The position numbers and the translations under genes were made by a program. A DNA stretch of 64,000 bases from NCBI RefSeq assembly GCF_964204645.1, contig NC_134025.1:4898001-4962000 (forward strand), written 5' to 3'. Positions 29,611 through 42,550 of the stretch are shown here, piece by piece (the stretch's first letter is position 1; the number at the start of each line of letters is the position of its first letter). Source of the DNA: Tubulanus polymorphus (Eukaryota > Animalia > Nemertea). Below the pieces are notes generated by a model that searched no databases, was not told where the DNA came from, and worked only from the letters and a program-made list of their open reading frames with translations.

Positions 29611-30969
29611 TCGAATCTGAACCGGAATGAATGAATTCACCTTTCAGGATTTGGCATTTTATACGTAAACAGATTACGCTTGAGGGCGATGTCCATGTGC
29701 CCGTTATCTCACTCGTGTTTACCGTTGACTAACTCTGCAAAGTTGTTTATTCTCGAGCAGAAAGTCAGACAGGGTCAAAGTACAAAAATGATCAATGAGC
29801 TGTCCTTAAGATGGAGCATTTCGAACAATTCAATGCAATCTTCCCTGTCCAGACTGACCAGACAGTTTGATTAGGTATATTATTCAATACACTTGAACCC
29901 ATTCATGGTACTTGCTTTGGGTCATATCAAAGTAGAACATTATTTCATTTTTCAAATCAACTAGCTCGTTTCAAGGAACTTGGGAAAAAAATTTTTAAGC
30001 GTTGTTAAGATTTGAAACAATACACTCTTCAAAAAGTAAAAATAAATTATGAATCATTTACGTAGTATTAGATCTTTTAGCAATGATTAAGCACAATTTT
30101 AAACAGTATTCAAACTTTTTTAAATACTTCAAACAACTGATTTGTTACATAATTTCCAAACACTTGATTGAAAAAAAATTTTGATATTCCCCTGTCTGGG
30201 TGTCACAATATATCATATGCATTATATGCCAAAAGTCATATTTCATTTTTCTATTCACAGATAAAGTCACACAAATGAACCTCGCTTACTTACTGCGCAT
30301 TTTACTGCTCTGTTAAAGTCAGTTCCATTTAATACATAACTGAATAAGAAGATAAAGTGTGCATCTCATTTGGATTTAGTGTTGAAATATTCTTAACTGT
30401 ACAATTTCCGGTTAAGATACGACCTTGCCACGGTAACCTTGGCCTTCGTTTCTTTTCTCGATGAACTTTTCTGAAAAAGTACTGTCGAAAGTAGTATTCC
30501 ATTTACTACATGATATTAATATTTCCCCAATTTCTTATGGACAAAATACTTCATTCACGGATTACATATTTCAAAACCTCAAACATTTATCTCTTTATAG
30601 TCATGTCATTTGAATAGGACATCATACGAAACGTGGTTACAAAATATATTTTGACCCTGATGAATATGAGATGGAAGATAGGATGATAATATGACCTCGT
30701 CCATGCAGATCTAAAACCTGCAGTATCATTTTCTAAAACTCCGTATGATCTATTTTCAGGCTTTCATTGTTTTTCAATCGAATTGAAGAATAATACCAGT
30801 TTATATGCGAAGAATTTTAGCTAACATTGAATTAAAGAGCCTCTTGACCTCAGGCTGCAAACGTGTATTCTGTTTTGATGAGATTAAATATCTATGCATT
30901 TCCTTACTGGAAGAACAACCCTTCGAATTGTTATACTGAACTGAAGATCGCGACCCGAGATACGAAATT

Positions 30970-31869
30970 ATGGCGCTTTCTAGATGTTGGATACTTGTGT
31001 TTGGGTGCCTGTCCATCTTGCTCCCAATTATACAGGGTAAGCGTCAAGAGTATATCTTATTAGGAAATAAATACAATCATATTCTATGTACAACGATTTT
31101 GCGCACAATGTTTGATGAAATTCAAAAGTTTTGCCCAGGTTGAAAATTTCCTGCTATTGCAAGTTTATATCCCAGGGCCCAGTTGCACAGTCGTGACTTA
31201 AGTCCAAAAGTGGTCTTAAATCTTAAGACTGGTCTTAAGTTGTTAGATCGAGTATAGAACTTAGTTGGTCTTAGACCAGTCTTAAATCTAAGCCGTGACT
31301 ATGCAACTGGCCCCAGGACTAGAATACCGTCATGAATTAAGTACGTGCTATCGATGGCCCGGCTATTGGCATTGTGAAAAATAATATATCGTCTGGTAGC
31401 CTCTTGGCACTATTCCAATTCATGTAGATTCTTCAAGATGATATAAACCTTTATTGCTCCATTTTAGAAATTTCGAGCAAAGAAAAACTATTATCAAATA
31501 GAACAAGCCCTTCGGTTTGTAATACCAACCCCCTACTAGAAGGCGGTATTAAGACGCTGAATTGAAGGGCGCCAAAAAATTCGAAAGTTAGTGTTGATGA
31601 TCATTGCCTGATTTTTTGCATCTTTGATTCCAGGTAGAAATTTTCAAAATATCTTTCTGCAAAAGGATGAATCGACTGCTAAAGAATCCGAATCCATTCG
31701 TTTGACGGCAACTGGGAGGCTGGATTGTGCCATGAAATGTTTGGCTCGACTGCCGTGTAAAGCGTTATCCTGGGTGCGGCCTACTTGTAAACTGTTCGAC
31801 AAAGTTCCCTCGTCGAATGGCTCAGAAATGCAGTGGGAGTTTTATAAAGTTGTAACTCGCGTCAAGTAA
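30970..31869 (+). CDS. Small secreted PAN/apple-domain protein (100 aa)
   Basis: Exon 1 (30970-31036) is MALSRCWILVFGCLSILLPIIQG with a GTAAGC donor. Exon 2 (31634-31869) has CAMKC...C...C PAN-type cysteine spacing. The phase 1 junction is consistent. Confidence 0.8.
31176..31313. mobile_element. PIF/Harbinger-clade MITE (138 bp, CAG TSD) in the PAN gene intron
   Basis: CAG|GGCCCAGTTGCACAGTC...GACTATGCAACTGGCCC|CAG; internal GGTCTTAA repeats. Confidence 0.82.
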
Positions 31870-32479
31870 AGACGAATCGTGCCAAACGGTGAAAAGTTAA
31901 ATCTATTGCTAGCGTCAAAGAATTAATGTCTAATTATTTTGTTACGCTTCATTCATTCCCGTAGACCTTAAGTGACCTTTTTTAAATGACTAGTGGTTAA
32001 CCTCATACGTACTCGGCGTACTGTCTGTCCGATATGAATATCGTATGTAAATATAGCAAATTAACATGAATTCCTTAATGTGTTTGTTGTATTGAATCTT
32101 TGGGGGATATAGCCTATGTACGAAATGAATGTTGGATGATTTTAAAGGCAGTAAATTTTTCGTTTTTCGTAATTTGATTGAATCTTCCGATTTACTCGAA
32201 CACTTTACGAGATTAATTTCAACTTAACGGCGTGATCACAGTTCGATTGAGTTTATTCGCCGTTTAGGGCCATGATGACGTCACGCTTTAGATAAGATTA
32301 GACCTACTTTTCCCCAAATTAAATTTCTAGACGATAATTGATGACACCCCCGAGCCTCGACCGTGTATGTTAAACTCGATGATTAATCTTGACAAGCTGA
32401 TGCTATGACTATTAATTCTATAAGTTACTACAGATGATATCCAACCTCACACGTATTAGTAACGTAGCTACGCTTGGTA

Positions 32480-32606
32480 TTCGAGACATTTACTGTATAC
32501 ATATCTCCTGGTGACCATTCGGTGGCCGCAATTAATAATAAATTGTCACAGCCGGGCTTAGACTTGGGTAGAAATCGCCTTCGTGCGGGATTTGAACCCG
32601 AACCGA
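32480..32606 (-). mobile_element. Possible tRNA-derived SINE fragment
   Basis: Minus-strand B-box GGTTCAAATCCC (32587-32598) followed by a GC-richer body; no TSD identified. Confidence 0.3.
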
Positions 32607-35600
32607 AAAGACAGAATACCACAGAGTGTTTATTTATGATATACGTCATCATTTAGACATGGAACGAAATTGCTGGATTTGTAGTTATCTCGTATTGCGG
32701 GACTGTTAGATTACGGAAAGGGTAACGTACACCCCGGAAGTGTACACGACGCATTCATTTTCTTGCCACCAAATTAGCGTAAATGTTGGTATATCAATGC
32801 AAAAATTGCCCTTTGAAAAAATGCCTAAATAGTTAAGTCGGACTTTGAGCACAATTCTATGCATACGTAGCGATATAAGCTGCTACTCGGCAGCAATGCA
32901 CGTCGGTTAAGACCGATGTAGCATTGGCAGAGAACGAACGACCAAATTGTATCATACAATGATAAGCTGACTCATTTTTTTTTGAAAGAAACGTGCTAAA
33001 CCTTGAACACGACATAAACATTTGTCAATGAACTTTTATCGCTAACAGAAAAACTGCCAGTCTGCAAGTTTTACTTGTGTATGTATATGTTCAAAGCAAT
33101 GTATCTATAGTTGATTTTCTTTGACGGCGTTTCTTTACAACAATCAGGCTAGTAAATTCACATTTATGATTAGTATACGGAAATTTTAGCCAAAATCGTT
33201 TTAAGCGTAGTCTTCTTTACGTAACCCAAACTCGGATACCATTATACAACTGCGTTTGACGAAGCGATCAGATGCACCCTTTACAAGGATACATTTTTAC
33301 TGAATGAGTGATGATCAGTTCGCAGAGACACCAGTGTATAGTAAGGCTAATATTGGACGATTTTAGACACAGCATGATTTCCTCATAAATTCAGCCAGAT
33401 TAAAATGAGATCAATTCATCCCCGCTATGAACTATCGAAAGATATGATGATAATCGATTACAAAGAATTCACAACCACGTCATCATCCATGACAGACTTT
33501 CAATTATCAAGAAAAATATTCCGAGTCTTGATTATGCACGTGTAAAGCAAATAAAAAGTTGGCAAATGGCAGTCTACGGTAAATTAGAATTTTCAATCAA
33601 GATATTTTTATTGCTTGCTGTTGAAATATCATTTTATTAATGTATTGATCGATAGCCTTTGATCTGTCGTGATCAGCTTAATGAAACTGATATTCCAAGC
33701 TGGGTGACGCACTGTCTGGAACTCGTTCTCCTCTTCTTGTTGACAGTTGTTGCAGTATACATGAGTTCTATGTTCAACGAGTTGCAGTCTTTTCAAACGG
33801 CGATACTAATCAAATTCTTGATGACGCTATAAAATCGACGTTCCGTATCGTCGTGGATGTGTATAATCGCCGGCTCGGCTCGGCTGTGAAATCCGTCGTA
33901 AATAATGAAATTAATAACCCGCTTGTAGAGTACTGATCCGAAACGATTTCTCCATTAGTCGAGGCTCGGTGCTAAATTATTCTAATCAAATAATTGTTTA
34001 TGGCCACTAGGTAGTAATATATTTCGATTCGCAGTATACATTATTTGATTTCATCACGCGGGATGTAATGTTGAAGTGATTTCCAAGCCAGTAATGTTTC
34101 AAATTTACTAAGAAACTAAAAGAAAAAAAATACCCGTTCATTATTATGGTGGTTACGGAAAGCCACGAGATTTGCAGAAGATGAATGGTTTCGATTTTCT
34201 ATTATTGGCGAACGAATCAACATGACGGTTTTATCTAAATGTGTATCTATCGAAATTGTGTTCACCAGCGCGTGATTTCAGCCGGACCAAACCTAAGCTA
34301 CCAATTATGTTCGGACCTGAAGAAAAGAAACTTCGAAAATAAGTAATACGCAATTATGATATCGTCATTGAGCAAACGAGGGTAATTGCGTGTCCAATCT
34401 GTAGCATATGCGAAAGCTCGAGACCAGAAAAATGTAACAGACCAAGGTGTACAGCATACTTTTAGGGAGGTTTTGGAATATGGGTATGGAAAATACTGTC
34501 GTCTCTAGCTTTCTAGTTATCGTATGACTTCCGTATGTCACTCAGATTATTCAATGAAAATATGACTGGAGGCCTGGGGCTGATGGCGTAAACAGCAAGC
34601 GAGAATAGCCATCTGCTCGAGTAGGAAACGGCCTGGAAATGACACAACATTCACTAGCTGTGCCTTTCATTTCCCGACGGTTATCGGTACAACTGAGCTT
34701 CTAAAAAATATAACCATCAGTCATCAGACTATCGCAAAGGGTTTTGCCGTCGATTATGAATAGAAAACACCCGAGGTCATGACTTCCACACTTAGTGCGC
34801 ACCCCGATAGTAATTTCTACATTCTGACGTCACTATCATCTAATCCGAACTTAATTCGAACCATGAAATCATCATAAAATGTATGTTTTGGGTCGCGTTC
34901 TACCAAATGAATTTGATTTAAAAGTCATGTCTGGAAAATTACCCTATCCTAATCTCGAAATGTGGTCAAAACAATCTGACCAGCATAAAATCACCGAATA
35001 AATCAGACGAGACCGTAATGATCTGCCGTCATGACAACTAACCGTTAAATTTCCCAGCGGGCGACAAAATACTGCCAAATAAACATCAATACACATTGCA
35101 GCCGATCACACCCGTCTCGTGGAAATTGATAATTGAAAATGACGACAAAATAAAGGGGTTTCTTTACCCCTTGTCGAAATCCTGAATTTCATTAGTTTGA
35201 CTATGAGCGAAGACGAAATCTGTAAACCAACACTACACTTCGATCGCAAGTGCGCTCACTCGTCTTTCTTCGCCACTATCGGTCGCAGCAAAATAGATAC
35301 ACACGTTCACAACCTTAAAACGGCAGAAACCTTTCGATGGATAGTAAATCTACTAACTCTCGAGGAGCAACTGGCTTGTTCTATTAATTATAGGTAAGAG
35401 ACATTAAAGGACAAGAACGCCTCTAAAAACAGTACCGGTACTTCACGACTTTATAGTCCATGGTCAGACGTATCGAAAAAGTTTATGGTGGTTTTAGCTT
35501 GCAATCTAGATGAATACTTTGAGCCTGGAATCAAATATGTAGTTAAAATTGAATTTTTGGAAGACACCATTTCGTAAATAAGCGAAAAAAAACCAGAACA

Positions 35601-38600
35601 AATCGACTCGTGAGTGTGCTGATATATTGAAGTTTGTTGAAATATAATATCTTTATCATTCCTCAGCAAATATATATTCATGAATTATACATTTTGTTAT
35701 ATACATCGACCTTCAGATTGCGAGGTGTACGTCAAGCTGAGTGTATATTGAGAAGCCACACTCGAATAACAAGTATGAAATGAAGATGTTAAGTCCCAAA
35801 AGTATGTTGGGTGAATCAGTCTAGAACTGATGGTCGGATATTTGCTGCATCATCGATTTATTCTTCAGTTCGAGTGAACGATTTTTTATCACGTCTGTGA
35901 CACGTTAATAATCACATTACCGCGTGGATAACATACCGGAGCGTGATTTCCGACGAAAATGAAAATCGAATTAAATCGAAAGCCTTCCAGCCGAATCGTG
36001 CTTATTGCTAATCCACGATAGAGGTGTTTTTTTTATTTTATGGTGATGCGTCAGCGGGAAAAAAGGGAATTTATGATCATCAAAAGGGTGCCATTAGGAT
36101 GCGTGTCAGTATTTTTCTCAGGAGTTCAACTCGTTCTGGGGCCACGCACTTCTATTTCAACACTTGACAAATTCAATGTATCTCCTGCAAATTGATTCGT
36201 CTCTGTCGTGAACATTAATATTTTTTGTGAATCTTTAAAAGTAGTGAATGACTTTAAGAATTCCAGTTCTTTGCACTACTATCTCAGAGAAAAAAATGAA
36301 AAGTAGCTTTTCTGAATTTCTTGGCGAGGCTTTAAATCAGGCACATAATACTTACTCAAATGTATTCATATTTCGTGCAAAAAATGATTTCTATGCTTGA
36401 TACACGAACAGAAATCCATCTCGAAACATGGCCTTCTCTTTCAGAATCTATTTCATTTCGCTCCAGCGAAAACGAATCATCATTACATCAATCAGATCAT
36501 GTTTTAAAAGTACCCAGGAGATCTTTGCTCTGAACAAGCTTTGCATATATGTACTAAGGTATGACCCCGTATTCTCGGCAATCAGCTTCGTATACTAGTG
36601 AGCCCCCTGCCCGCGAAAAATCTGTAGTCAGAACGACACGCTCACAAATTGCCTATTACAACTGTTGCGTAACTGGAATGATAAAAAGATAAAATCAAAT
36701 TGGGCCTACTCCGGAATAAAAATTGATGGTGACCATTCATACACCCCGAAACGTGATTGGGTTCCTAATCAAATCAGTAATTCCGCGACTGGCGACATGG
36801 ATTTTCTTTCCTCCGAGATGAATATTGCGGATAATAATCTTTCAGCGGATGGAAAAAGTTTACTATTTTCTGTGTTAACACAATTGTGTTAATGATAGGT
36901 AACATATTGGGTCGATGGCAATAACGCTGGCGCCAGTTACCTTTCAATGCAGCTTTTTAATAGCGTTACATCATTGCTTCGTAATCAAAATTAAATATAC
37001 GTGCGTTAGAGATGGCTAAGAAAAAATGTCGAAACATATTTGGCCTAAGGGTGCTGTAATAGCGTGAGGTGTTGAATATGATATAAGATCAACCAAGATA
37101 GAAACTAAAACGAAACGCCTTCTCACGCGTAATGTAATATAATCTCGCGATGTAAGAGCGCTGTAACTGGCGGAAATCTAAGCGTTAAACACCAAAAAGA
37201 ATACATGAAGTGAAACCTATGCGTGGGAAGCATACATTTTATAAGAATGATTTGAATATTGTTCGCACGTAATTTGGTTTCCCTTAATCCTCTATTGCTG
37301 TGATAAGATGATCGGGTGAGATCAAATCACTGGACAGTTTGTTGATATATTATTTATCGTCAAGTCATTCTCACCAGTGACTCGTCTTTCCTCAATACGG
37401 AAGTGTAGATGGTATAACTCTACTTTACGAGGCAGTTATGAGATGATTGGGGAGTGTTTGACACCATCATCACGTCATCGACACCGTAAACGAACACCTT
37501 TGACAATAGCCCGAGTGAAAAAATATGACGAAGCCTCGAAAGGCATCTTCCTAACCCCATACCAAACCGCAGTATCTATTCATTTTCATGCGTGTTCCGC
37601 ATGAAATCATTGGTTTTAAATCCTCCGCACATTACATTTGCTGCGCTTTTCACATTCAAACGGAATGCGAAATGTAGGAATTTACGGAAGTGTCCCGAGG
37701 AGATGTATTTAAGTGCTATTGCATGTACAGTGTATTTATTCTTGTCATTATAGGAAATTGTGATCATCATACAAAAACAACGTGGTGAGTTTGACAAATA
37801 TACTGCTGTTATTGCTGTTGTGTTTTTGTGTTTGTGTATATCATTTGATTTTGAATCTTAAACCGCGGATCTAACTGGCCTTAACTCTTGAACATAAAAA
37901 AGGTGGGGATTCCGAAACTCGACACAATGTTGTGACAATGTTGCGGATGTGATAGGCATGATAATAGGGAAATTCCTCGATAAAATATCTCCAAGGAAGA
38001 GATAAATTAATCATGATTCCGTTGATAACCAAGCTTTATTTTGTTGCTTTATGACCGCAGAAATTCGTGCTCAAGTCCGACAGGGCTGTGGTACATTCTA
38101 CATAGTGGGTATAAAGTGGTCGTTCGGGTAAATAGCTGCACCGGTACCTTACTATGCCTGCACGTGGTTAGATCAAGGCATGGTGGTACGCATCACACTA
38201 ATTCGTAATGTCTTCCTGACGTTTATATATATAAAGTAACACATTATGATAGCTTTTAAGTGAACACATTAAGCTTTCGAATCATCTGTTTAAATCAATG
38301 TCAATAAATCTCGCGTTCGGTTTGGGTGTTGTGATAGCAGCTGCTTCCAGAATCCCATCGTTACATTGTTCAAATCCGTTAAATCTTTGTGTAATCATCT
38401 AGTCAAGATGACTCCAAGGTTACAGCTACCAGAGTCAGTGTACGCGCAAGTCTTCAGTTTGAACCCGCGGCAAAATGGATTATTCGAAAGTGAACGATCT
38501 GTCTTCTCTAGTTCCCGAGGCGCAATGTTTATACTTCCATCGACTTGCAGTTGCCACAGACAATATCATTCTCTCACATATCGTGACAGTTTCGCCCATT

Positions 38601-41600
38601 TTCATAATGCAAACCTAGCATCTTCATTTCATGGATACGCTAGTTAATATCAGGCATCCATCGGTTATATGTTGGTAATTATGACATGTGTCGAGATGCA
38701 TGTGGACTAGTGTTTTAATGAGTGGCACGCAATTTCGTCGATGATGCGTCCCATCAACGGCGTCGCCGGAACCGAGCAGTATGTGATATAAGTGATGCCA
38801 TTATTCCCCACTCGTCTCAAAGAGGTTAATTGCCGTCCGTGCTTTAACATAATATCAGATTCATTTATTGTGGTAATTCTTCACTTGTTCTTCCTCTGCA
38901 CCTTTTTAAATCGATGCATTCGGAAATCCCTTGATTGAGTAGCCGTTCTATCGCCTCTCACGAGAGAATATGTCACCATTGTTCTAAAGACCGCTTTCTT
39001 CTCCCCAGTTTAGAATCACCTCACTCGCTTCTTTTTACTTGGACAAAAAATTCCTCTGGGCCAAAATTAAACATCGATCGTCGATTTTGATTTTCAGGAT
39101 GATATTCTTTCTGACTGTGTTGAATTAGATTCACGGAGTCTGTAGCATAGGCGATTCTCCTATGCTAGACATTCATTTCAAGACATCTGTAGATCGGATG
39201 TACATCAAAAAACCTACAACTCCTACTACTGAGTACCGCAAATCCGACAAGATAACCGGGTAAATTGACTTACTGGCAGTGTAAGATGGGTAAATGCGAT
39301 TACATATTGTGACTACCATATGATACGTATTGCTTAAGGGAAGCCGTTTCTGAACCATTTCTGGATGTTTGGTTTGAAATGCAGATTGAATATTGGGAAG
39401 GCACTACTTTTTTACATGCATTCGTACATAAATCAGCGTTCGGTCATGCCATCAGCGCAATTCAGTTGTTCATTTAAAGTTCGATGAATGATGTCCTGCC
39501 AAATGAAATGAATTCGGTGATTGGTCAATGAAAATGGAAAAAGAATTAAAAAAAACGTTTTGGTGTAGCCTTCTATAGTAAAGAATATCTATTTTTCATA
39601 ATCCCTGCATACGATGTAATAAGTCGATATATTTCTAAGTGCACTGGTTTTGAAGGATCGGGTGCTAGGCAGCTGTATGTATCTAGAATAAAGGCACGAT
39701 GCTGATAATCACAATCAACAACTAAATTAATCAGGATGTGAAAGCCGGAAAATAACGTTTTGAATGCAGTATTCAATTTGTTTTTGGTCCGTATCGTTCT
39801 GCTTTGACCAATCATACAGATTGGATTGTAACATATGTCAGTGACGATGAAAAGCTCACGGAGTGACAATCTAGTATAGTAGTCTTTGGAAACAGATTGT
39901 GATAGTTAGTAACAGACCTTCAGTAAACTGACACGTCTGTTCACTCACTGCAACCACAAATCAGAATTCCAAAACTATCTAGAAATACCATGTTGATTGG
40001 TACTAAGGTAAGAACACATTGCTACTAGTGTGCTACTTTCGTGAATTCACCACGTACTTCATTTTTTTGAGACCACTCTCGAGATTTGATATTCGGTTCC
40101 CAGCGAAATACTACATCATCAATTACATAGACATCGGGCTACTTGTCGGCCAAAACATTTTCGTAATAGCGGCGGTTGATTTGTGGAACTTTTTGAATGA
40201 TTGATCAGTGGACTGAAAATACTCAACCAGTCCTATATCAACACAAATTTAATATACATTTTTAATGGATACAATGTGATCAATCGGTTTATATTTGGCA
40301 TCTATCGATACGCACGAGCTATATCGGCTTGAATTAGTAATTTGTGGCGCACAGTGCATCCACGGGATCACCTGAACCACCCATCCATTATTAGGTAATA
40401 AGAATCCTCCCAGTTGATACAAACAACTAATCGGCAGATATAGCGAAGCGTACATCACCGATTTATCAAAATTATTGCTGTCAAAGATCTAAAACCACTT
40501 ATCTGCAGTACAAACGGGATCGTTCAGTGATAAACAGATCGTTCATTAAGAGAATTCCGCTTTTTCATGTTTACTCGTTATTTATAAATTTCTAGTACCT
40601 TAATCAAATTTGCGGTGCGAATTCGCCTTTCAAAATGGGTGTTTGATTAATCTGTAGAATTTTTACGGATTCTCGTTCATCTTGGTTGATGATGAAGTAC
40701 TAAAAGACACGCGGCGTTCTTGCTACCGCTGAAAACTCGGATTGAGCCAGTTATGAACTAACTACAAATTAGTATATTACAAGAAACCATTGAAAACGAT
40801 AGTGACTAATGACAAAATCTCTTCAACAATCGGACGATTTTCCATCTCAACTTCTTAGTTTTATTTGTCAATTTTCACGAAGCGAATTAAGTGGATGACT
40901 TAAAACTTCACTCCGATCTCAATCTCACATTTTACCCGCACATCAAATTCATATCTACTCAGATTACGATGGATAGAAAAAAAATCCAAATTTTTGCAAG
41001 GGAGCCAATTCTAGAAATAAATGATAATTGAGGAGTGAGGCAACGTATTAACTGAGGAATCAGGTCTATAGGGTAAATCGTACTGATAGGATACGTGGAT
41101 TTAATGGATATATCACAAGTAGCTTTTAATCTTAGTAGATTTAGTTTTTTGTTCTACCTTATGTATCTAAATATATAGAACATAAAGATAAAGCGTGTTT
41201 TAATTATAAAGAGCATTACTCCCACGGTAGCTCCTGTTCGATTGCCTATTGGCAAACAATTTTTACTTCAGAATTCCATTTGAATTCGTTTCGATGCGAT
41301 GAGTAGATTCCTTTTAGCAGCTTGTGAAAAGCCGATTACAGTTCGTGAGAAATCATACAAATTAATTTTGTGGTCGCGTTATGAAATATTAATGCTGTTC
41401 CAGAGACTGGTAAAGTCAATTACACGACGTACCGTACGGAATCTTACTAAACAGTCAACTCGTGTTGGCGGACCTTTAGCGTCAGTTTCTCGGAAGGTAA
41501 CTTCATCCATCCAGTCGAAAGCCGAGCTTGAATTGACGTTTCATGAACCTATGCGAGCGCAAGAGTATTATTTCCAAATAAAGGTAGACTAGATGAATGC

Positions 41601-42498
41601 AAACAAAAAAACTGAACAACAAGTGAATTTTGAATATGAGTTGGCATTATTTTCTTCCATCGAATATTTAAAAACAGTTATATTCTGCGTTTTCCGTATT
41701 CCGTATTCCGTAATAATAACCTTTGAATTGGAACAGGAATGAGTTTCATTTATACTTAATAATTAATGAAAAGATGAACAGATAACGATATATCTGCGAA
41801 AGGAAACTTTTCGGACTTCATCTTTCTCGTCTTATGGGGGATCCTCCATTTGTGAAGAATACATGTGTACTGCTTGTAAAAGATAGTAGCGTCAAATTCT
41901 ATAAAAAAGAATATTGAAAAATTTTAATGTATAACATTCTATTGCATGAAATGGACGCTTAATACCGAAACACGTATTAAAACCTTCAGAAAATATTCTG
42001 AAAAACATTTTTCGCTGTGAATCGTGTATTTTTAGTTTTAACATGTTGTATATCTGCCACGCACTCTCTCTCTCGCTTCTTTGTCATTTCATGGTATACG
42101 TTTAATCTCTTTTAGACTGGAAAAGGAATTGTCAAGAAAAAGGATGGTATCCTAACTATGGCGTCCGGCTAATAAACACAACACTGTGGGCTGCAATCTT
42201 GTGGTGACGAATTAGCCGCCGAGCACTGAGCTGGGTGCGCGGATCTAATCGCAACACACGCATTCTTCCGCGAGAGAGCATAACAACACCAGAAAAGAGT
42301 CTGAAAAATAATCGGAAGCCGCTTGACATTCTAGACTCTCGGAATCTGTTTTGATTCGCAGCGCGTTTAATGCATTATTCGCGTATTCTTGTGTAGTCGC
42401 CGACAAACTTTATTTACAGTATACAAGAAAATAGGATAGAATATACGTGAGGTGGGAACGCCTCGAAATGCCCGTTCGGAGCTTGTTCGAATAACGTT

Positions 42499-42550
42499 AT
42501 GGAGTACATGAATAAATTTTCCGCCTGGATTTTTATGCTGATCGCAAGAG
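42499..42550 (+). CDS. nAChR-like exon 1 (signal peptide)
   Basis: MEYMNKFSAWIFMLIAR with AG/GTAAGA donor; phase 1 fits the next exon 13.5 kb away. Confidence 0.65.

Noticed and set aside
29617-29640. Apparent GT-AG intron upstream of the small TM ORF
   Set aside because: At 24 nt it is too short compared with the other introns here (about 85 nt or more).
34317-34340. CTGAAGA...GAAA hammerhead-like motif
   Set aside because: The stem II closing pair is mismatched and no stems I/III are evident.
33000-42400. 9-kb gene-free stretch searched for hidden exons, RNA genes and arrays
   Set aside because: Nothing supportable beyond short motifs (ETS-like CGGAAGT, one palindrome). It is probably upstream regulatory DNA of the receptor gene.
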